From Octopus sinensis (Eukaryota), in assembly GCF_006345805.1 (NCBI RefSeq), contig NW_021824883.1, forward strand, positions 1 to 25,397: 25,397 nucleotides of DNA. Direction: 5' to 3'. The translations under genes were made by a program, and so were the position numbers. This document shows, in pieces, positions 10,263 through 20,251 of the stretch (position 1 is its first letter; each line of letters opens with the position of its first letter). The notes under the pieces are model-generated. The model searched no databases. It was not told the origin of the DNA and was given only the letters and a program-made list of their open reading frames with translations.

Positions 10263-10264
<2 letters not shown>
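10084..10264 (-). mobile_element. Short TA-embedded element family C (hammerhead-bearing), copy 1
   Basis: Reverse-complement homolog of 19951-20150; both ends abut (TA)n. Confidence 0.85.
10177..10212 (-). ncRNA. Minimal hammerhead-like motif, A6U core, decayed stem II
   Basis: CUUU CUGUGGA a aauc guag guuc GAA AC GU U AAAG. Confidence 0.55.
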
Positions 10265-10312
<48 letters not shown>

Positions 10313-10426
10313 TATATGATATGTATTATTTATATTGTATATGTATGTATGTTATGTATATGTATTTATGTATGTATATTGTATATGTATGTATGTATGT
10401 ATATTTATATATCTGTTTATTTATCA

Positions 10427-10775
10427 AGGCGCATGGGTCAGTGGTTAGAGCGTCGCGCACACAATCAAAAGGTAGCGTGTACGATTCCCAAACTGGGTGG
10501 TGTGTTTCGTTCTTGAGCAAAACATCTTATTTTATTTTATGTTTCTCCAGTTCACTCGTCTGCAGAAACGAGTTGCAACGTCACTGGTGCCAAGCTCTAT
10601 CGGCCTTTGCCTCTCCTTTGCTTAACATCGGTGGCGTGAAGCAGGAAAGACAAGATATGTATAGGCAACTGCTGATCTTCCAAACAAAAAAAAACCTTGA
10701 GCGGACTTGTGCCTCGGATGTTAACTTTCTACGTGCTATGCCATTTTCATTCGTGACCGAAAGGCGTTTTTACCC
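10427..10775 (+). mobile_element. tRNA-derived CORE-like SINE family E, near full length
   Basis: aggcgcatgggtcagtggttagagcg (A box), tacgattccc (B-like box), gttcttgagcaaaacatc...ctccagttcactc block. Confidence 0.8.
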
Positions 10776-10969
10776 TATGTCAATTTCATCCGTTCCTGAT
10801 ACATTTCTGTGCTTTTTTTTTCATTATACGCCAACGCAACATTCTTTCTCACGATGAATCCCGCAGTTTTGTGGATCTCTGAAGAGTATAGCCACGTGAA
10901 GTTAGATACTCAGTATGCTATTCTGAACAAATACTGCTAAGACTGTATATAATATCTGATCGCACGGCC

Positions 10970-11127
10970 TGTCGGCTGCACGGTTTCTCATTGGAGGCTG
11001 AGTGGAATAGAGCGACGTGAAATCATATATTTTGCTCAAGAAAACAACACACTACCCGGTCCGATAATAGATACCATGATCTAGCGATCGTGAGTGCAAT
11101 ACCTTAACCACTAAGCAACACGCCTTC
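10970..11127 (-). mobile_element. Degenerate tRNA/CORE-like SINE 5' part
   Basis: ctgagtgga...ttgctcaagaaaacaac...cgatcgtgagtgcaataccttaaccactaagc is the reverse complement of an E/F head. Confidence 0.7.
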
Positions 11128-11199
11128 TCTTACACACACAGAGACATAGACACACACAAACACACATATAATCATTCAAAAGAAAATGATAAAATGGTG

Positions 11200-11436
11200 A
11201 TATAACATTTAATAAAAATCATTATCTGCAAAAATCGAACGTAGTCCCCTTACAGCTGTTTCGGTTAAGCCTAATAGATTAAATAGCAATTATTAAAATC
11301 ATTATATTAGGCGAAATCTGTTCAGAGGGGTAGAAAAAAGATATACAGTTTGGATTTTAAGTGTTGCATTTTAGAAACGTCACAGCAGAATTAGAAACGT
11401 GCAGACTGTGTATGATTCTAAAATATAACATTTAAT
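11200..11436 (-). mobile_element. Retrozyme-like monomer with 14-bp terminal direct repeat
   Basis: atataacatttaat at 11200-11213 and 11423-11436 (223-bp period) brackets a hammerhead-like fold. Confidence 0.5.
11246..11330 (-). ncRNA. Type I hammerhead-like motif with long stem II, core CUGAACA
   Basis: CCCCU CUGAACA gauuuc GCCUAAU..30 nt..AUUAGGC uuaacc GAA ACAGCUGU A AGGGG: perfect 5-bp stem I, palindromic stem III, GUA triplet. Confidence 0.6.
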
Positions 11437-11456
11437 TCAAACTACACCCCCACACC

Positions 11457-11495
<39 letters not shown>

Positions 11496-11506
11496 ATATA
11501 ATATAG

Positions 11507-11815
11507 AGGAAATGAAGAAAAATGCTGACAAAATAATTAAGTAATTTAAGTAATTTAATTAGGTGAAAGTTCTTTTTTACCGGTTGCGCATTTGTTATGC
11601 TTATCAAAAGATATTTTTTTAGAAGAGATAGAGTTCCTTTCCTTTCTGATAGATTTTTTTCCTTAAGAGGAAAAAATCTATCAGAAATTAACTCTATCTC
11701 TCTTAAAAAATATCTTTTGATAAGCATACCAAATGCGCAACCGGTAAAAAGAACTTCACCTAATTAAATTACTTAGATTACTTAAATTATTTTGTCAGCA
11801 TTTTCTTCATTTCCT
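11507..11815. repeat. ~310-bp near-perfect fold-back palindrome in a TA tract (MITE-like or PLE-derived)
   Basis: Arms 11507-11663 and 11668-11815 are reverse complements apart from a few substitutions and short indels; 4-nt centre taag. Confidence 0.95.
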
Positions 11816-11857
11816 TTTTATATATATCACAACTCGTGTTCCACATCTCCTTTTTAA

Positions 11858-11903
<46 letters not shown>

Positions 11904-11906
11904 AGC

Positions 11907-12099
11907 ATTGCAGCGTGAAGGTTTTTATAAGCCATTTAGGAAAATACAAAGACCTTTAGATTCACTACAACATTTAAATTGAATTTGCCAAAATATTTTC
12001 GTCCATTGAGACGCGACTATTCACTGACAAAATTCCGTGGTGCACGGAATTTTTAAAATGTGTTTTTTAATGGCTTATAAACACCTTCCACGCTGCAAT
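11907..12099. mobile_element. Fold-back element with ~35-45 bp terminal inverted repeats and an internal hairpin
   Basis: attgcagcgtg-aaggtttttataagccattta vs taatggcttataaacaccttccacgctgcaat; internal aaaattccgtg-gtg-cacggaatttt at 12029-12053. Confidence 0.85.
11984..12031 (-). ncRNA. Minimal hammerhead-like motif, G3:U8 core variant
   Basis: UUUGUCA GUGAAUA GUC gcgucucaaug GAC GAA AAUAUU U UGGCAAA: 7-bp stem I, 3-bp stem II, palindromic stem III. Confidence 0.55.
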
Positions 12100-12194
12100 T
12101 CTGTTCGTTCCATTACACGACCTCAGATAAGGTCGCCTGCTATGCAAGTACATCTCCATAATCTATCTATCAATCTCTCTCTCTCTCTCTCTCT

Positions 12195-12239
<45 letters not shown>

Positions 12240-12450
12240 ATATATATAATATATATTGTATATAAAATATTTATTAAAAATATGATATATGATATATATG
12301 TCATATTCTTAATAAATATTTTTTCAGGAAAGCACTATAACTAATTTTTGTTGCAGGAAGAAGGAAAGAAGACAAATGAAGGCAGGATATTTGAGAAATA
12401 GTCACTAATCTCAGTAAAAGAAAGGCATGTATATAACCCTTTCTGCTAAA

Positions 12451-12645
12451 GGCACAATGACTGAACTTTATGGGGAAGGGACTAGCCAACTGCATCGACC
12501 CAATACGCAACTTGTACTTTATTTATCGACCTCGAAAGGATGAAATGCAATGATGACCTCGGCGGAATTTGACCTCAGAACGGAAGGATGGGTGAAATGC
12601 CGCTAAGCATTTTCGCCGGTGTGCTAACGATTCTGTCAGCTCGCC
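12451..12645 (-). mobile_element. SINE family B, near full length
   Basis: Minus head ggcgagctgacagaatcgttagcacaccggcgaaaatgcttagcgg...gaggtcaaattccgccgaggtc...ttcgaggtcgataaat. Confidence 0.85.
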
Positions 12646-13112
12646 TATATAATAAATCAACAAAAGTAAAATGCCAATAATTATTTCAAAATCCTTTGCC
12701 CTTCCTACATATTTCTTCTACATCCTTTGTCGTAATTTCATTGTGTGTCATGTCTTAAAAGTACTGCTTCAATGCAACAATTTCCCTGCCCTATATTTTA
12801 GGGGGCGCTTGAGCAAAGCGATAAAGTACTTTCACAATTTAGAGATCAGAGAGATAACAATCCCAGCACCCACAGCGACACCGAATTCTCTAAAACACAT
12901 GTACACACATACACACAGACATATAGACACACAAACATAGGCATATTCATATCTATACATGCTTTATATATTCACATATACCTGCACCAAATGTGCGGGC
13001 TTATCTTATACAAGCATGTATGATTTATATATGGTATATGTATCCATATGCATGTCTGAATGTTTATATATTATATATATATATATATATATTATATATA
13101 TTATATATATAT

Positions 13113-13143
<31 letters not shown>

Positions 13144-13220
13144 GCATATATATATGTGTATATATATATGTGTGTGGTATATATTTACATATAATATATA
13201 CATATATAAATATATGGTGA

Positions 13221-13269
<49 letters not shown>

Positions 13270-13879
13270 AAAAATGCGGGCACAAATGCACTAAACAAAT
13301 ATCTGGGTCACTATTTCACATTCTAAAACATGACGATAATATTCGTTCTATTACAGCACAAGACCTGATATTTTGGGGAATGAGAACAGTCGATTAGATC
13401 TAATTCATTGCTCCGTTCATGCCTAAAATTACTCTAAGAGATACAATCAACACAATCACAGTTAAGCAGAGCGCTATTAAGAACATGGTGCGGAACATAA
13501 TGTTATTCAACGATACGGTGCAGGTTGAGAAACATTTTAGTGAAAACTTTTTAAAACACAGGTAATTACATATAAATCACTTCCAGTGAGACAGTTATTG
13601 CATATAGTTATAATTTAATAGGTGATAAAACATTAACATGTTGTGTTCTTGCCGACACTTGGGTAAGAAAATATCTGCTCGGTTACTTTCGTGCAGTTCA
13701 CGTCTATACCTACTCGACATTTTGTGAATTTCTCTCTCGTGCAACCAAACGTACCCACTAGCAGTTTTTGAGTAAATTGAGATAGTTAACAAGCCACATC
13801 ATCAAGGTATGCTTGTTTCATTTCGTTTTAATATATGCTCTTATCAACAGCGGTGGATGAGGTGGATGATAATTTATTT

Positions 13880-14520
13880 CCAAGACCAGTAATGATGTGA
13901 AGTGGCTCGCCATTAGACCAGTGACTAATAGTTCTCTAGAAACTGGTGCCTGTTACTTTTGTTGATACTTTCTGCTGTTTTATTTTGTTTCCTTTCCTTC
14001 ACTTTCCAGTTGTTTCAAGGTAAAACACATTCAATAGTCCCTTGCTTCCGCACGTGTAGCAGCTCGGTCATTTCTACTGCGTCAAAAGTCACATCTTTTC
14101 TCTAGGCATCCCCAAATAATCTTAGTATTCCTATGACCTACTGTCATTCATGGATCATTAGATGATGACATGTCACGGTTGAATAACCCAGTGCTATCCA
14201 CCCGCCTATATTGAAATACGAAAGTGACGACGAACTCCGTATAGAGTTTGTCTCTGACGTATCACATCCTTATTCTTATATTTCTTTGTTCAACTCATAG
14301 AGGCAAAAAATTTATGAATGAAATTATGTCTAATGTTTCCAGTTCTGACATTGCAGCAGCCGGTATCAATATCTTTATGCCTGTTGATTGAGATATCTCC
14401 TGATATTTCGTTTAGCACTTCAGACTTCGATGGGAACTTGGATCCCACCCAACCATCCTTTTTAAAACATAGACCTGCTATCTTACTCTTAAGTTTGTAT
14501 TTGATTACTTTCAGTGACAC
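13880..14520 (-). pseudogene. Possible hAT-like (hATm-type) transposase relic, internally deleted
   Basis: Scattered minus-strand fragments VGSKFPSKSEVL (14425-14445 region), TVGHRNTKII (cf. VHWDGKLL, 14115-14147), ELLHVRK..NNWKVKERKQ, LHII (cf. CRHHI), in the expected order; by-eye motif recall only. Confidence 0.35.
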
Positions 14521-15262
14521 ACAGATACTCCCAAGATTTCACAGTTCTTCTGGTTCATTCTCTTCTCTAGAAACTTTGTTTGTATGTCTAGATTTTACAA
14601 ATGATGTTATCTGATTTTTCTCTAAACTTCAGTTGGTTTACTTCGTGTCCACTGGTTCTAAGAATTGTGACATAACTGACGTGTGTAAATATCACACTAT
14701 CACCAGCTCATGAAAGCAAGTTTTAGTACAAACACATAATTTTATATTCCCATTTGTGTAAGAGACACGGCCACGTCAAAAGAAAGCATACGTCGAACAT
14801 ATATACTTATTCTAATGTATATGACTTTGTTTTCCGCATATCACACCATGATATGTGTTTATAGGATTATTTATTAGAAAAAAGTGGTTTTTATTTGTCT
14901 ACGTCAGTTACTAGATTTCTCGTTTTATTATCTAAAAAAACATAAATGTTTATTTTTATCACTAATATGGCTTTAGTTGTCAACTGACTTTATAATTTTT
15001 TTTTATGAACTCGGAAACTAGAATACGTCAAGTACTTAGAATTTTTTCTAAAGTTATATGTCATTTTAGTTTTAGTAATTTAGTAATTTTCGGTAGGTCT
15101 TGGTAGATCTCGGATATAACCTTCCATGAATGGTTCCATCCATGCATCCATCCATCCATCGATTGTTACGTACTCATATAATCTATATGTGTGTGTGAAT
15201 GACTGTAGGCATATGAAAACATATGTACATGTACATGTATGTATGTATGTATATATATATAT

Positions 15263-15370
15263 ACATCAAAATCAATGAACGGCCATAATAGGCCATTCAC
15301 CCACTAGAAATAACAGCTGTTATTTCTAGTGGGTGAATGGCCTATTATGGCCGTTCCTTGATTTTGATGT
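15263..15370. repeat. 108-bp spacerless palindrome
   Basis: 54-bp arms centred on cag|ctg (15316/15317); single mismatch at 15276/15357. Confidence 0.97.
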
Positions 15371-15476
15371 TGATTTATAAATGGTCTATGACTATTTAAT
15401 TTTTTCCCACTAGGCCGCTGGTGGCAAAAAAATTCTACGAAATTTTTTGCCACCCTATTTTAGTGATAATGATTAT

Positions 15477-15521
<45 letters not shown>

Positions 15522-15537
15522 TATATATCTATATATA

Positions 15538-15581
<44 letters not shown>

Positions 15582-16686
15582 ATATATATATATATATCAC
15601 ATATATGTATATATATATATAATCTATATGTATATTTATGCACTAATATCGAATACACGCTGACACACACACACACACACACATATATATGTGTATGCAC
15701 ATGTTTCATTTGCTTTTGTGAATGGGCGCTTCAGTGAATATATAACACATTCCAGTAAGTCTAAGTGTGTGTGTGTGTGTGTGTGTGTGCGATGAATATG
15801 GAAGATCGAGATGAGCAAAAAAATGTGACAGCAATAAATAAATAAATGATATAACATAAAAATGAAATAAAACAAACACTTTATAAACGTTATTGCATAT
15901 ATCTTTAGCTCGTGTGTGTGTTCGTGTGTGTATATGTATATATATATAATATATATATATATGTGTGTGTGTGTACATATGGATACGTATGCAACTAAAA
16001 GTGTGTGCATAGTCTTGTGTCTAAAAAATATTTCAGCCTTGTAGTATTGGGTCTATCACCTATAATCTTTAAGAAAATAAATGCCACACTCTCTTTCTGA
16101 TTTTCTTTCATTCTTTCCTTCTTTCTTTATTTCTGTCTATCCTTCTTTATCTCTCTCTGCCTTTCTTTCTTACTTATGTACGGGATTTCTTCTCTTTCTT
16201 TTTCATATTTTTTTGTTATGTATCATTTAAAAATTTTATTTACATTTTACATATTTCCTTTATTTCTTTTTTCTTTCATTCCCTTAACAAAAACTGATTT
16301 GAAAAAAAAAACGTATGGGAAGAAAAACTCCACAAATCTGCTAAAATTTTCAACATATACATATCGTGAAAAAAGTCTATATACTACGAAAGAAATTCAA
16401 CGTCAAAATTAAAAAAAAAACAACAGATAAAGTATTAAATAAGAACGAATAAAAATATACATCGCTAAAAAGTAAAACACAAACGCTTGGTAATAATGGC
16501 GAATTGCAAAGAGCTTTCTGTATTTTAAACTGCGAAATATGAAAATAAATTGATGTTAAAAGGAAAGCGGTTAATGACAGCAAAACTAAAACATTCCAGT
16601 CAAAGAAAAGAAAAGAAAAAAAACAATAATATACGGGAATAATGTTCTTTTTTTAAATCCCAATAGGTTCGTGTGAAGAAAGAAAT

Positions 16687-16726
16687 GATAATAATAATGA
16701 TGATAATAATAATAATAATAATAATA

Positions 16727-16765
<39 letters not shown>

Positions 16766-16866
16766 GTAATAATAATAGTAACAACAACAATAATAATAAT
16801 ACCTAGTGTGTTACGAAGGAATAATAATAATAATAACAATAATAATAATAATAATAGTAATAATAA

Positions 16867-16910
<44 letters not shown>

Positions 16911-16944
16911 CAACAACAACAACAACAACAACAGCAACAACAAT
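16687..16944. repeat. (AAT)n/(AAC)n compound trinucleotide microsatellite
   Basis: Two long AAT runs grading into AAC, split by acctagtgtgttacgaagg. Confidence 0.97.
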
Positions 16945-17281
16945 GATCTAATGTAGGAAAGATATAGAAAACATGAGAAGAAAGTAAAATAGAGGTATTT
17001 CATGTACATATGAGGGTGTGCGTATGTATTTGTATTTATATTTATATGTATAAATGTGTATATGTGTGTGTGCGTTGTGCATATATACACACGCACACGT
17101 GTGTGTGTGTATATATATATTCATATGTATGCAGAGAGATAGATTCAAAAATAGATAGATAGACAAACAGACAGACAGATAGTTTCGTGGTTAGAAAAGA
17201 TCACATGGGAAATACATATATATGTGTGTGAGAGCGTTTGTGCGAGTTTATATGTGTGGATATGCATGCGTACATGTATAT

Positions 17282-17490
17282 GGAGGCGCAATGGCCTAGT
17301 GGTTAGGGCAGCGGACTTGCGGTCGGAGGATCGCGGTTTCGATTCCCAGACCGGGCGTTGTGTGTGTTTATTGAGCGAAAACACCTAAAAGCTCCACGAG
17401 GCTCCGGCAGGAGGTGGTGATCCCTGCTGTACTCTGAAAGGCGGTGCTCCAGCATGGCCGCAGTCAAATGACTGAAACAAGTACAAAAAA
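17282..17490 (+). mobile_element. Chimeric SINE: family D tRNA head joined to family A 3' tail
   Basis: A box TGGCCTAGTGG (17292-17302), B box GTTTCGATTCCC (~17336-17347); from ~17437 the sequence switches to aaaggcggtgctccagcatggccgcagtcaaatgactgaaacaagta, identical to the tail of the 3272 copy. Confidence 0.85.
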
Positions 17491-17805
17491 TATATATATA
17501 TATAATATATATATATATACATATATAAGTATATATATATATATGTGCGTGTGTGTGTGTATGTGCGTGTATACTCATATATATGAATATATCTATTGTA
17601 TGTATATGCATAATCTGGGTAAATGTAGAAGTGAAAAGAGAAATGAGAAATATGAAAGCTGCAGATTTGAAACGCTTCAATTACACATTTCGAAAGAGCC
17701 ATTGTCTATTGTTTCTATAACACTACATGATCCATACAGAGTCCTCTTCATATCCGCATACTACTTCTTCCTCTTCGTTACACCAATATGCATTCGTGTG
17801 TGTGC

Positions 17806-17854
<49 letters not shown>

Positions 17855-17943
17855 ACCACGCACTCACATATTTGTATATAGATGTATATTTCCATGTACT
17901 TCTGAATCTATCTATATATATATCTATATATATATGTATATGT

Positions 17944-18026
<83 letters not shown>

Positions 18027-18074
18027 TATATACACATATACTTATACACACATATACATATACATATATATATA

Positions 18075-18128
<54 letters not shown>

Positions 18129-18782
18129 ATTGCCTAAAATATAATGCTTTCATAGCAACTGAGAACAAGAAATATTATTCCAGAGAAAGAACTAAATGCA
18201 TCATGTAGACTGAAATGTTCATATATTTCAAGAACAACCACCAAAATAGAAATGATCGTACATACATACATACATACAACGTTATTGATGCTGAAATTCC
18301 AGTGAAGTGCCCTGGACGTAAGTTAGAAACCGGATCTTTCTCTATTGGCAAGAAATCCAGAACTAAAACTAACCATTGACATACATACACACACATATAT
18401 ATACACATGCATACAAGGTTCTCTCTCCTCTCCCTTTCTCTCTCTCTATATAAATACATGTTTGCGCGCGCGTGTGTGTGTGCGTGCATACTTGTGGATC
18501 CCGGCATCGTCCTCTGTGGAGACAAACCTTAATCTATGAAGAAGTAAGATCTTTAAGATCCCCCCAATGGTATGTTTACCATGTTTTTATGAGTGCTCAT
18601 AATCACTCATGGCTTGAGTACGTGATCTCAAAGAAGATTTCTAGACTCATCCTATTCACATTTACTCCAGTTGCTGAACGGTCACTTTACTTCCGTGGCC
18701 ATTGTTATTGTGCTGGGGACCATTGTCATATAATTTGTTATATTTTTGGAGACTAGACTTGTAGATTCTGAAAATTGTCTCT

Positions 18783-19010
18783 GCAGCCATGCTGGTGCAA
18801 CATCTTGAAGGGTTTTAGTCGATCTAATTGATACCAATATCGAAATTTTAAAAATCTTGCACTTATTCTATCCTATGTCAAAGTGCTAATTTACGGGGAT
18901 GTAAACAGAGCAACAGCGATTGACAATATTTGACAGGCTTCTTTTAGTTTCTGTCTACTAAATCCATCCACAAGGCTCTGGTCGGCACGGGGCTATAGTG
19001 GCAGAGATTT
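18783..19010 (-). mobile_element. SINE family A, degenerate, head missing
   Basis: gcagccatgctgg...acttattctatc...ttacggggatgtaaac...tttctgtctactaaatcc...caaggctctggtcggcacggggctatagt. Confidence 0.7.
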
Positions 19011-19129
19011 TCCGCGCCAACATTTACCGAACGTCCTACACAAAGGATTTGTTGATCGCCATCAACTGTTTATGCTGTACATTAAAACACTCCCCCACCC
19101 CAGCAAATCGATATTTGATGGGGGAGGGG

Positions 19130-19265
19130 GGAGTGTACAGATGCATACGTCAGCTGTCAAAGTGATCGCAGAGCAAACGTGAAATGAAGTGTTCTGCAAA
19201 AGAAGACAACACCCTGGCTGATCTGTAAATCGATTCTACAATCTTACGATCAGTAACATCCTAAC
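19130..19265 (-). mobile_element. Degenerate E/F-family SINE
   Basis: gatcgcagagcaaacgtgaaatgaagtg matches 4857-4885. Confidence 0.6.
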
Positions 19266-19294
19266 TTCGTCCTTGTGTTACTCACCAAAAAAGA

Positions 19295-19400
19295 ACCGAA
19301 GGGTAAAATTGGTTTCGTCGTGATTTGAACTTAGAGAGTTGGGAGATGGAACGAATGCCGAGTAGCATTCTATTCAATACTGTAACGATTTTGCCGGTTA
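19295..19400 (-). mobile_element. Degenerate family B SINE head
   Basis: atttgaactta...aatgccg..tagcatt...taacgattttgccgg resembles 7755-7830. Confidence 0.5.
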
Positions 19401-19505
19401 AGGGCGATTTCACTGTTGCAGGATAAATCATTCCAAAACTATAATACCACCTCCACAAACACACACACACAAACACATCTCGGTCCACCAGAAAACTGTC
19501 TGATT

Positions 19506-19615
19506 ATTTCATTGCCTGATAACTTTCATCGCTTGACAATTTCATCAACAGAGAATTTAGTCGCTGAATGATTTCATCTTGTGACACTTTCGTCGCCTGA
19601 TACCTCCATCGATTT
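19506..19615 (+). repeat. Degenerate 16-bp tandem array (~6-7 units)
   Basis: atttcattgcctgata(a) / ctttcatcgcttgaca / atttcatcaacagaga / atttagtcgctgaatg / atttcatcttgtgaca / ctttcgtcgcctgata. Confidence 0.8.
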
Positions 19616-19950
19616 ATTTCGCTGATCGGCGAATTCCCTACAAAGTAATACGTCGCTCGTCCGTATATTTCTCATCATATTTGTTAACCGCATATTAAAT
19701 ATATCATTCGATATTATTCGAAGTAAGCTTTAGTAGAGAAAATGCTTCGCGTTTCATTAACAACATAAAATAAATCCAAACTAAAATAGGCTTGGGCATG
19801 TCAAGAGAAATTTAGTTCCCAACCACATAGTTCCATTTTCAATCTCCTTGCCTGGCACCTTAAGCAAGGTTCTTCTGCTATAGCCTTGGGCCGAACAAAG
19901 CTTTGTGAATAGATTTGATGACAGAAGCTGAAAGAAACCCGTCGTATATA

Positions 19951-20150
19951 TCGCCATGTTGATTCGCTAGCCTCTGCACGCATTTTTTTCTCTCCTTGTT
20001 TCTCTCCGTGTTTCTTTTCTGTGTATCTTTCTGTTGAAGAGCGTAGGCTCGAAACGTAAAAGACTTTTTTATTTATATTCCTGAGCGCCATACTAATACA
20101 ATTGTTTGTTTGTATTCCACCTGCCTTCGTCTTTTGTTTATTTTCATAAA
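19951..20150 (+). mobile_element. Short TA-embedded element family C, copy 2
   Basis: Homolog of 10084-10264; flanked by tata on the left and long (TA)n on the right. Confidence 0.85.
20026..20063 (+). ncRNA. Minimal type I hammerhead-like motif, best-preserved fold, A6U core
   Basis: UCUUU CUGUUGA a GAGC guag GCUC GAA AC GU A AAAGA: perfect 5-bp stem I, 4-bp stem II, loopless palindromic ACGU stem III, GUA triplet (predicted cut after 20058). Confidence 0.7.
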
Positions 20151-20159
20151 GCTTCCCGT

Positions 20160-20251
<92 letters not shown>

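Noticed and set aside
17282-17350. tRNA gene
   Set aside because: A and B boxes are present but the sequence continues into SINE body and tail with no clean acceptor stem; same applies to the other tRNA-like heads
18290-18345. Possible hammerhead relic (cagtgaag...gaaaccgg)
   Set aside because: Core does not fit, no convincing stem II and weak stem I
19506-19615. CRISPR-like array
   Set aside because: Contiguous degenerate units without spacers, in eukaryotic context
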